Assembly: GCA_040954595.2 (NCBI GenBank)
Contig: CM082586.2
Location: 3,888,349 to 3,952,348, forward strand
DNA length: 64,000 bases
Direction: 5' to 3'
From: Balanoglossus misakiensis
Lineage: Eukaryota; Animalia; Hemichordata
The translations under genes and the position numbers were made by a program. This document shows positions 31,278 through 42,855 of this stretch, in pieces; the first letter of the stretch is position 1; every line of letters starts with the position of its first letter. The notes under the pieces are model-generated. The model was not told where the DNA came from. It did not search any database and saw only the letters and a list, made by a program, of their open reading frames with translations.

Positions 31278-31878
31278 CTTAAGAATTTATCCCTGGCGCA
31301 TTGCATTCTGGGCTGCACAGTCCAAAGGTGGGATGACAGTTCGTTGATCTCGGTAGATAATTTCGAATTGTGGTTTAATAATGCATTTTTGAACGTCAGC
31401 ACTTGTTGCAGTGACTTTGACATTTTCGAAACGGGCATCAGCAACAGTTTCCCTCGGCAAATTGCACCTGACCAACGTTGTCCATGCCATGTGCAGATTG
31501 AAGATTGTTCCCTCCCCAAATATAATGGTATAGCCTGGGGTCAACTGAGGTCTGTCTAACCCCCCAGTCTGAGAAAATATTAAGCATACCGTTCAGTTCC
31601 TTCCCTGTTGAAAAATTCTTTTTCAAATTTGAGTTTATTATAATCGTCATCCCTTGTATTCTTCCTTCAGTATTTCTGTCGTTCAAAGTTTCAGAAATAA
31701 ATGTGCATAACGGATATTGACACACTTACTCTTGTCTGTCATTTAACATTTTATCACCATTTTAGGTGGTCTAAATACCTAGATATCACATGACCTACAT
31801 AGGTTTCAGGTCACAAGGGTCGACGTATTGGTACTGTACGTAAGGCTAAGGATAACATGCACAGATAGCCAAACAAAA

Positions 31879-34800
31879 ATGGTAAGAAAAATGTTTGCTG
31901 CCTTGTAATATTCCCTGTCTAGTGCTTCGTAGATATATGGATAATTTGTACAAGTTTTTGGACTTTTCTTTGTGTAACTACGACTTGCGATCGCGACAGG
32001 CCGTGCACGCATTTTGCGGTCGAGGTCAGCAGTGTCTTCGTTGTGTACGTGTGTGTGAACGTCGCATGCTGTTGGCTGCCGATCGTGTCTGTGGAACTGT
32101 CCCAAGTCACTCTGGTTCCATAAAATGCCCAAATTTACCAGCCACCTAACATTTGCGGACATAAATCGTGGTGCATGGTGTAGGTCACACGAATTTGCCT
32201 CGTCTACTTGAAGAATGGTGCATTATGATGCCAGTGACCTCGTTAGCCTGTTGTCACGTGACCATGTCTTAGAGTAGGCTTTGGCATATGGAGATGTTAA
32301 GATTGTTAAAATGGAGGAAGGAGCTGGACACAAACACAATGAGACGATGTTTCACATCGTCAAATGGAGATCATAGTACCAGTACACCACAATATTGAGG
32401 CATCGCATGGTTCACAAGGAACTTCAAAACACCACATCCGATTCTGTCTAAGTGGCTTTCAGTTTCACATAACTCAGAAAATTACCCTACTGTATTTCTA
32501 AATTCTGACTCATGTGCCTCACAGTTTCCTCTTGAAAAAGAAAGTAATGATACTGACCAAACAACCCAGTCACGAGAGAGTGACGTAATATGGTAGCGTA
32601 ATGTGTGATGCTGGTTTCAGGCGGTGATAGCTCGATGATTGGTCCCCTTTTACCAGAATATGAAACAATCTAAGGTGCCTTTAGCAATGAAATTCTTTGT
32701 TTGCCTTTTGTGAATGGCTAGGGTTTGACTTTGTGGATTTGTAAAAAGGTCAAAAGTCATGCACCATTGACGGTTAGTGGATCAGCCTGTTACAACTCTA
32801 GAATTTATCATTAACTTTTTATAAGTTAACCATGTTAACTTGATGTCAATTTACTAGTTTTATGGTGTTTTTTTCTTCTCTGTGTTATTTTTCCAACTTT
32901 GAAGACGGAGACTTATAATATATACATGTATATATTATTTATAGGTCTCTCTGTCATTGTGGTGGTTTGATTAACCCTTTAGAACTGTCTCAGATGAAAA
33001 CTTCTGAATCATGTCATAGGTCAACCAGGGTCAGGATGCAGAGGGTTAAAATATCAGCAGTCTGAGTCTTGAATAAACATACATTGACTGGCATGACCCT
33101 TTGTAAGTTCGTAAGAGTTGTTTTTATAGGTTTACCACACATTTTGATCTGGTAATTACGTCTACCAATGCGTTGTAAATATAGGAAAAGATTGTGACCT
33201 GTTCTTCAAGGGTTGTTCTGTCTGTGTGGCGTGTCATTTATGGAGGGTGTGTCAAAGGTCAAATCTTCCCTACTGATAAGCTCCTCCATTTTGAGCAATT
33301 TAGGTCAGTCTGGCAGCTATAGCAACTTGCTAGAACTTGTCATGTATAGGTCGTCATGAATATTAATTATGTTTATTTAAGAGTAATTGAGAATCACACC
33401 AGGGGTCTAACAGTTGTCCCAACATGCCGGGTCATGTATTGGTGACCATGTTTGTGGTTGAACACAATTAAATGTCCTGACGTGACCCTCAATCAAGGTC
33501 AAACACACTGACCAACTTCTTTTGTTTTTCGTTTCCTTGCAGTCGTCATCAGGTGAAAAACGCGAACATTTGTACAAAGTTCTTGTGATAGGAGATCTTG
33601 GGACAGGAAAGACCAGTGTCATTAAGAGATATGTACATCAATTCTTTTCACAACATTACAGGGCAACTGTATCCTTACCATGATATATATTTTTCTGTGA
33701 TTTATATTTAATTTTTATTACAAGTAAACATAAGTTGCAAATGTAAGCACTGCTGCACATATTATAGCTTAGTATTTGATGTGTACATGATGTACGTTAT
33801 ATTTAACCAATTCTGGTATTGGTCATTCAGAGCAGATATTTGACAGTGCAGACACTGAAATAGTACTTCAAGATTGAAAACTACATGTAGGTAGTTTATA
33901 TCTCAAAACAAAAGGTTGGATGCAAAGCAAGACATACATTTGTAAACCCAGTCTTTATTACTGAGGTTGTATTCCTTGATAAAAACTTCTAGATTGGAGT
34001 CGACTTTGCATTGAAAGTAATCAATTGGGATGCAGACACCTTGATAAGGTTACAACTATGGGACATTGCAGGTAGGATAACAGTTTTATCATTGGAATCT
34101 TAGATAATTTCAGTCATCAGGGGAAACTGCAACCGTAGGTAATTTACATACCACTCGTTACTGTAAAACTTGAACTTTTTTTTGGCCAGGACAAGAACGG
34201 TTCGGAAACATGACTAGAGTGTATTACAAGGAAGCTGTGGGTGCGTTTATTGTGTTTGATGTGACAAGAGCGTCGACCTTTGAAGCTGTCCAGAAGTGGA
34301 AGAATGACTTGGACAGTAAAGTTCAACTGCCGAATGGCCAGAATATTCCTGTAGTTTTACTCGCAAACAAGGTAGAGTGCTGTAAAATTTTATTCGAGCT
34401 AGTCTGCCATGTGAAAGTCGACGGGATCTTGTAAATTTACCATGCGACCTAATTGACGTCTGCAGTGAAACGCTATAAGATTTTGTTGACTTAATAATAT
34501 CATGTTGTACATCTGATACAGTGTGACCAAGCAAAAGAGGGCCTTGTCAACAATGCAACTCAAATGGATGAATATTGCAAAGAAAAGGGTTTCATTGGAT
34601 GGTTTGAAACTTCAGCGAAAGAGAACATCAATATTGATGAGGCAGCTAGATTTCTTGTCACATCGGTGAGCATTTGAAAACTCTTTCTTCAGTCCTTTGG
34701 CGTCTCTGTCTGGTTTAAGCAGGTTTTGCCGTAGATAATCTAAACAGCAGTTGTATTCCACGGCCGCGTGTGTTTGTTGAATAGTACTGTAACTCCAGTG

Positions 34801-34944
34801 ATGTTGATGGTGAGCGATCTTTTGTTGCAGATCTTAGCCAATGACAGAGCGATGAATCACGACGAGCCGCAAGACAAAGAAAAACTGACGCTGGATGGCT
34901 CGGGCGTCAGCGAAGAAACCGAGGGCAAAGGCTCTTGTTGTTAA
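31879..34944 (+). CDS. RAB32: Rab32/Rab38 small GTPase
   Basis: Exons 31879-31881 (ATG only, inferred), 33543-33668, 33993-34071, 34190-34371, 34522-34665, 34831-34944. Motifs: GDLGTGKT, ATIGVDF, subfamily-diagnostic WDIAGQE, NKCD, ETSAK, C-terminal CC prenylation site. Confidence 0.95.
32971..33049. mobile_element. Possible unrelated short TTAA-flanked MITE
   Basis: TTAACCCT...AGGGTTAA termini only; single copy in the window. Confidence 0.35.
33669..33992 (+). other. U12-type (minor spliceosome) GT-AG intron in Rab32
   Basis: 5' splice site GTATCCTT and branch site TTCCTTGAT ending 12 nt before the intron end; flanking exons join in frame at RAT|IGVDF. Confidence 0.9.
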
Positions 34945-37795
34945 AAGGCAAAAATCAGAAATGGTCAGACAACACAAACTGGGAATATCAAGCCAAAATT
35001 CACTTTTTTTATCCACCATCTTCAACCTTCTATGCACTAACTATGTTTGAAATTCGAAGACACGTGCAACTCATTTTCTATGACGCAGATCCTTCTGCTA
35101 TAGAACAATTTATCGCCAGAATTGGGTAAGGGAAAAGGGGTTTGTAAGATTTAAAACTTTGAGGAAATATTTCATGCATTTTATGTTTACCAGAAGTTTG
35201 ATGATCAATGATTATAAACTGTTTTTTTTTTTTTTAATTGAAGCTAAAGCTTTTGTTATGTGGACTGAATACTGATAAGAAGTCTTGCATAGGTTTCATG
35301 ATACCATACTAATTTGAATAACTATGGTGACAGCTGTCATTATCCATATTTTAGTTAGTGTGCACATCTAATGAGTGTTTATTCGTCAATCATTTTGTTG
35401 AGCAACATAGTGCAATGTGGGAATGAAGGTGTGGGGTTGTTTTGCATGATATTTACTCGTTTATACGCAAGGTTGATCTGAAACTGCATTGGTTTGCAAA
35501 ACTGTTAACTTAGAAGCCATGTTATAACTCAAAGTTTCAACTTGGCAGCTATGTATTGAAAGTGACCCCCAGAATGTAGTGATACGCTATAGATTATGTC
35601 AGAACGCTTTTACCCCTATTTTGCGGTGAAACAGGTGAAAGAAATACATAGAAAGCAAGAGTATATATATCGATGAGGGGTGATGAATGTTGAGGACCAA
35701 AAAATAATTGTGTGATGCACTTTTTTTGCTGTGTGTATTTAAACAGAGTAAATTAGAACTTTTTTCGTTGCAAGATGTTGAGTACAATTGCAGATCAAAT
35801 AGTAGAAATCTAATATGGCTGTCTGACAATCAAACTCCTTTAGTACTAATTATTGATTAACTAGAAATTTGTAGATTTCACATCAAAGTGAAAGCAAGCA
35901 TTGGCATTTTGTTGTTCGTCCACATTATATGTAATGAGGATGTGTATCTGGTGCAGGTAACACTAGATTTCTGTGAAGAAATGAACTGACACTGGTCACG
36001 CAGAGAGCCAATCAAAATGCAGTGTTGTCTGAAACATTCTGAGTTGCCATAGCAAAAACGATAACATAGCATTTTATTTTAAAAATAGGTTTTCTAAAGA
36101 TATGTATAGCTTGTGTTTCTATAAACTGGTGTGTTCGGCATAGAATAGAACAAGATACATGAAGTGTGGTCCTTTCATGCATCTAACTTCATTCTGGCAA
36201 TATTCAACTTGACATTTGGTTTGGATAGAACTTGGTTCCTGGTTGGACACGTGGCAGTCCAGCTTCAGGAAGCATTCAATGCTTTGAACTGGGCTGAAAT
36301 CGGGGTCACTGGACCAGGACTGGATCACTGTTGCTTCAGAAATCTCTGAAATTGGGTTAATGTATGCATCAGTGTCAAGGAAACTGGACCACTGCAGTCA
36401 AGGAGCACTGGTATGGTACTACTGGTGTCATGGAAACAGTACTGTAAGTACCACCAGAACCATCAGTACTACCAGTGGCTCAGGAACTGGACAACCAGAA
36501 CTAGCCGCGTACTAAAAAAAAGATCACTTGAATGACACCAACTTGTGTCTCTGAAATTGTAGCTTCCTCCAGTTTATTGCATGTTAAATTATTCTATTCT
36601 ATTATACTATATGGTATGCTGAAAGCAAAACAAAAATATTGAAAGTAGAAAACTGATCTGTACAAATTAATGTGAGTAACCCAACGCATGTTAAATATAT
36701 GATTAGTTTATATTATATCAGAACTATATGACTCTTCTTTACGCTTGTTAGGCGATTAAAGTAATAAACTTTGCTTGATATAAATGGAAGTGATGGTCTG
36801 TGATTATGCAGGTAGTAAATCATGTCTTTTTAGCTAGCATAGTTTATTAGCTACCAGGTAATACCTAGATGTGTATATTTGCTAATTTAACATGCTGCGA
36901 ATTTCAACTTTTCGCCTTTGTAGCTAAATTGAGGGAAAATATTGCCGTGTGGGGAGAAAAACACACTTAAAGTTCAGAATTTTTGATAAAAGATTTATTC
37001 TTTGTCAAAAAAAACATACATCAATAGAACATTTTAATGCAAAATTCAATGACCCACTTCTGACACTTTGTGAACTTTTACAGTTTTTAAAAGCACGACA
37101 ATTGCTCTGGTAGAAGTTGACATATCTTTAGCAATACATGTATACAGCTGGAGAAAAACGTAAGACTCTGTTCTTATCCTTGATAGGGTCGATAAAAAAA
37201 AAAAGTTCAGACAGGTTGGAAAGTCCGACTCTAACACAAATGAATATTACAATTCAATTCAAACAACTAGAAGTAAGATTAACACATATCAATTGAAATG
37301 GACCACATTACGTGGTATTGTGAAAAACTTTTCAAGATGGTACAGAGTATAACAAATTCTTGTGCAAATGAAATACACATAATAATAACAAGAAACTGTT
37401 AAAAAAGTAAAACAACCACATTAGGAAGAAGCAGAGATTGCGATACAGGTTGATTCAGGTATGTTGTAATGACCTGAGAAATAATATAACTACTGATACA
37501 GACACTGTAGTGGGTAAAACTTAAATTCTTCCTAAACCAAGATGCAAAATCGTCTTGTGTGACTGCCTACCAAACACAAAGTGATATGCTGTTCCTGACA
37601 GTGATGATTATGGACATATTGCAATCAATGATGTGACAATCCTCAACTATTGGGTCAGTTGCCCAAACACCCATAGCACTTTGAACATTGATGCGAGCCT
37701 AAAACATTGAGGTATAAATGAAAGTTTGTACAACATCGACAACAATACTGAGCCCAAACCCTGAGTCCTGATTCAACCCCAAAGTTCCCCAATCA

Positions 37796-39919
37796 TCACT
37801 TTCTGACTACCACGTGTTTAGGTGCTTCAAACTGTGTCATCGGTCGTCCACCAGTCCCGCACGTTCCCACGCCAACTCTTCCCGATACAGATTCCGGTGA
37901 TGCAAATATACTCCTCTTTACCAGCCCCTTTTTGGTTTTTGAAAAAGTCTGGATGCGGGAGGAAAGAGTAAGAAAAAAGATGCATGTTAAACAGTACGGT
38001 ATGTGAACTGTGAAAGTTAATAATTTTACCAGGAATCTAATTTTCACTGTTGGGATGATCTGTACACAAAGTTGTAATTTCAAGCACAGTGTCTTCCGTT
38101 TAAGTTCCACTTACTTTATTGTTAAACTGTTGCCATTTGTTTTTTTCACCTTCCCTTTGTGATTCTAAATCTTTGACTCTCTGAGCCTTCTTGGCAGCTT
38201 TCTTCCTTTTATACTCTCTCTGTGCAGCTATCAGCTCTTTTCTGTCAAATCAAAATCAACACAATTCACATTATTAATGATTATGGTGACTGTAGGGGTG
38301 GGAGATGGTGGTGGGGGTTTGCAACAACAATAACAACAACCAACAGCCGCAGCATGAAATTTACATCTCTGAATGTCACTTACTTTGATTTTGGTTTCTC
38401 TAAAAGCCCCTCACTGTCCGTTCTGCCCGTCACTCCACTGTCTGAACTATCAGCTGGCTTTAGAGTCAACACCTGCAACGTAAAACAAACAAACTTGTCA
38501 ATTACACTGCAGGGCCAATGAACTACATGATGATGCAAAGTACATAAGACTGGAGAGAACGGTGTTCGAACTGCTGACAAAGTCAGTCGAAATAACACTT
38601 TTAAAAAAATGTGTTGGAGGTGGTGAGCACTTACATTGGGATTGATGGTCACATCATTGGCCCCTGAGTCAATGTCCGCTGACAAAGGAAACAAGCAACA
38701 AAACACAACACATAAACTTTGCTCACACCCAAGATTCAAAAATGTTTGAAAACTTACAACTCTTGTCAAATTAATGCAAAGGATGTGCTCAATCGTATCA
38801 AAACTTTCAAAATCTGCAAGTATTCCCTTGCAACCAGACATGGCTCAGGTGTCCAAATAAAACAGTTCAGTGTATAAAATGACTTAATCTTACCTGGACA
38901 ACTTCAATATTGCCGTATTCACTAAACGTCACCTTGACACTGCCATCATCATTTATGGAATCTATATGTGCATCATAATATCTGAAATAACAAGACCAAT
39001 TGGATTTAACAGCCTGCATTCCTAGCAATGTATATAATTGTGAATCTTCCATCAACATGAATTTCATGTAGAAGCTTGGAATTCAACCTGGGTACATATA
39101 TGAAATGTACGAATCAACTCACAAGCCATCCGCACTATAGATTGCTTGACATGCATCTCCTACACGCCACGCTGGTTCGCTTGTACTTGTCAGACTTTCT
39201 TCCTCGATCGCTTCCGCTCCACTTGGTTTTGCATCAAGCAAGTCTTGGGTTAACTGGATCACTTCCTGTAAAACAAATCAATGTTGTCTTTAGGTGACTC
39301 TAATCATAGTATGCAGCTTCAATCATATGATAATCGTAATAGCAGTGTGCAAATATAACATTTCATTACAGAGAATTTCACGTTTGGTGTACTGTACATA
39401 ATCTACTAGTTCCATTGACACCAACCTGTAAATCTGTCTTTAATTTTAATAGTTCTTCATTGTCAGCATCATTAGTCAGTGCTGCTTCAACCTGCAATTG
39501 AAAGGAACACATATATGTAAATTGCCACTCTGGTTGACCAAGAAAATATATATTTTGTTGGTTTAGATCTGATCATGTTAAAACATGAGAGTGAGACTCT
39601 TAGACAACAGGGTCAAAAGGTAATGTGATCCTATCTGTTCACAAACCAGTATTGAAAAGCGCCTGCGGCCATCACTGATGCAACAGGAAGTACATGTACA
39701 TTCAAGGCAACAGAAGACTGACCATGAATGATGGACTGACTGAGTGCTTACGCGCAGTTTACACACGATTATGAGACAGCTGGGGTTGATTCGAGACAAG
39801 TCGTCTTCAGCTGGTTCATATGACGAACGGAACATCACAAAAATAGTCGTAATATAGCGAAATACCTGTTGTAATTGTGCTGTGTACGTTTGTAGATTGC
39901 CCACTAAGTCTTCCGCCAT
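37796..39919 (-). CDS. SMNDC1: Survival motor neuron domain-containing 1 / splicing factor SPF30
   Basis: Exons 39919-39866, 39491-39426, 39265-39123, 38981-38894, 38472-38384, 38241-38115, 37948-37796. Motifs: QLQQVEAAL, Tudor WRVGDACQAIYSADGLYYDAHI..FSEYGN, REYKRKKAAKKAQR, SIFASPESVSGRVGVGTCG. Confidence 0.96.
38635..38678 (-). other. Predicted 44-nt poison (PTC) cassette exon of SMNDC1
   Basis: Minus-strand acceptor TTGTTTCCTTTGTCAG, donor AAT|GTAAGT; reads RTLTQGPMM-TGA in frame. Confidence 0.7.
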
Positions 39920-40012
39920 CTTGTTTGAAGTTCCCGGATGATAGATCGCGCTTGCGCACAATGATCAAGCTAACGTGACCTGAAATTGACCTAACGTGAC
40001 CTCTAAGGCAAG
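39920..40012. promoter_or_regulatory. 93-bp bidirectional promoter region, SMNDC1/APOOL
   Basis: Two divergent ATGs; NRF1-like GCGCTTGCGC at 39948-39957; TGACCT x3 at 39976, 39987 and 39997; YY1-like AAGATGGCGG over both starts. Confidence 0.8.
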
Positions 40013-41858
40013 ATGGCGGCGCAGGTAAGTTGTCTCTTCTGTTTGACCAGTCGAAATTGATTCTACGTTGCACCACGGATTATATCACCCTTTCCCGCCG
40101 GTGTAGACAAAGTTCCCTCTTCTACGCTCGCTTCTAGCTTCACGTACAGACGGGGAAGTGGTAGGGCTACGGGGCGGAACGGCAGCAAGGCAGAATGTTA
40201 GCCGGTGAAGTCTAGACTGTAGACAAATGTGGATTGTGCCATGAGAAAGAGCCAATGTTGAGATGGCCATGATCATAGATAAATGTACCTAGATTGGTGC
40301 AAGTATAGTATGTAACTGGTGTAAAACATTCTCATGGTTAAATCTTATGTACATTCTAGGTGATACGAGTGGTGCGGTACATGGCAGTGCCATCTGCAGT
40401 TGTAATTATACCAGTAGTGAGAGCTGGTGATACAAGTGATGCTGAAAATATAAATGCTACTTTAGTCAAACCAAGGAGTTTACCTGTATATGGTAATCCT
40501 GTACCTGTTGTTGAATATGAGTATGTGGTGAAGAAAGTCAATGCTGTTCAAGAAAGCATCACTGAAGTGCGAAAACATGTTTGGAAATGTACCAAGTCAA
40601 TGCAGGTCAGTAACTGACATATGCAAGGAGTACCCATTTATTTGCAGTACACTGACTACCTGTAGCTTTTGATGTCAGCATCTTGAAATGTTTGCATTTT
40701 ATTTGCAGGGAACTATTGATAAAGTAAAAGTTGTTTACCATAAAGGAGAAAAGATCACAAAAGGTAATTGTTTTGAAACTTTTCATCATTTACATCATGT
40801 ACATGTATTATAAACTTTAAGGTATAGTTGGTAGTGATGCCAATACACAACACATACACCTACCATGTGTTCTCTGTAGTGGACACCTTGAGCCATAACT
40901 TTAAGTATATATCAATTGGAATACAATATAGTGACCAAGTGTGATTAAATGCTGTAGTTCGAAGTGTTTGAATTTCCCACAAAATTGATCAGATGTTTAT
41001 TTTATAATACAATTTGAACTTGTTTAACAGATGTAGTGGATTATGCACAGAAAGAAGACGGTTTTTATCCACGCCTTGTTGCAATATCCATGGCCGGCCT
41101 TATTGGTATAGTTCTTGGTGCAAGAGGTGAGTTTTATCATTAGAGATAAGTTTAATGCGACCTGTTCTCAAGTGTGTTGTGGTTTTGTCCAAAGTCTACT
41201 TGGCAGAGAAGGTAAACATTTTTCCCTTTGCATTAGGTGGTGTTACGAGAAAATTAATTTATTCTGGAGGACTGATGACGGCTACAGCCTCACTGTGCTA
41301 CCCTTATCAAGCTGTGGACATAGCGCAGAAATCTTACGATAAATCTAAGGACAAAGTCGTCGAAATCTATGGTAAAGCGAGGAACACGAGGCAGTCAGAG
41401 TCCAAGAAAGAGTCTCCAACAGTTGCAAAGAAGGTTGGTTTGCTTACAGAGTAGATAAATACAGACTTAAAGCCCAGTGAGCTGCACTGCGAACAAAATG
41501 GACTAATATTAGTACAGTTTGAGAATAAATTTCATGGTAATTTCCCATAAGTTGCAGCTGACGGGGCTTTAAATTATTCAATATTGAAGCCCTGAGCTTT
41601 CTCATCTATTCTGTGGACTGTTTTAGTGAAATTGCAAGATGTGTAGTTACCAATTAATTTCCCCTTTAACAAGACCCTATATTCAGTCATTCTTTTTTCT
41701 ATTTTCAGGCCGAGAGTTCAACTAAAGATACCGCCAGTCATGACGAAAATGTTGCAGTAAAACCTACAACAGAAACAAAAAGCAGTCCGGCAAAAGTGAA
41801 GACGGATCTAGGACAGTCTACACCCGAAGACAAAGATATGTACACAACGAGGAGTTAA
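40013..41858 (+). CDS. APOOL: MICOS subunit MIC26/MIC27 (apolipoprotein O-like)
   Basis: Exons 40013-40024, 40360-40605, 40709-40763, 41031-41126, 41237-41433, 41709-41858. Motifs: VKPRSLPVY, GFYPRL..AGLIG..ARGG..RKLIY..ASLCYP, C-terminal DLGQSTPEDKDMYTTRS*. Confidence 0.9.
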
Positions 41859-42855
41859 TAAAAAAATATAGGTATACTATAGAATAGATTGTCTTGCGCA
41901 GATAACTACATCATTCTATGAAAAATAGACATTGCTTTAGTCACGTTATAATGGTACTATCAGCATATTTGTGTAACTAACGCAAGTCCCCAGATGAAGT
42001 GAAGTTTTGCTGAAAATAATTATGGCCAGAGAGTGTGTGATTCTTGTTTTCTTTCATTTATGTTTCTTTTAATCTGATGAAAATTCAACGAAGCCAATTT
42101 TTAATATAGCAAGAAAAATCATCCTGATTTTAAAAACAGATGAGGATAGCAGATTGCAGTGCAAGTACCATACAGAGAATTACCTCAGTATAAACTTGTA
42201 ATACTATTCATAGTCATCTCCACACATTGTCAGCTGTCTTGCCATCACAGCGTTGAAATTTCGCTCAAAAAAACATCAATGTATGGAAAACATCTAGAAG
42301 TGTTTTCATATATCTGACCGCCTGAAGTCTGATTCTGTGCATCAGTGATCGCGTATACTTGGATTGTGTTTGAAATTATCTTTTAGAAAGTACACGTCAT
42401 AAATGGTCGTAAAAATTCTCATATCTGAAAATGCCATGAACATTAACATTTAAGATGTACCATCTAAATAATTTGCTGCTATTCTTAAGTATATTACAAT
42501 TTGTAATACATATACAGAAACATAACATAACGTTTCCCCACCACAATTGACAAAACTTTTATATTGAATATCCAATTCACTGAATGTTATACCAATAATT
42601 CCCACATGGTTATTAAAATGGATCACTTGAAACATTTGATTTATACAGTTAGAAATGATTACCACTATTTATCATATATTTATGCAAAACAAACTTTTAA
42701 CTTTAAAAAGACTTAATACTAATTTCATTAACATACTGTAACATGATTCTATCAAAAACTATGTTTGAATTGCTTATAAACATAGCAACTAGTGGTAGCA
42801 ATGGTTAACATCAAGCAATGGTCCATATCATTTAGCATGTGGTTTAATAACGATC

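Noticed and set aside
31085-32162. Several 85-144 aa ORFs between HACD and Rab32
   Set aside because: Overlap promoters and first exons in other frames; no recognisable domain or splice support
33093-33116. Possible alternative Rab32 first exon MTLCKF|GTAAGA
   Set aside because: Weak context and no promoter evidence; cannot be distinguished from chance
38527-38577. ATGATGA...CTGA resembling C/D snoRNA boxes
   Set aside because: Too short, antisense to the host gene, no terminal stem
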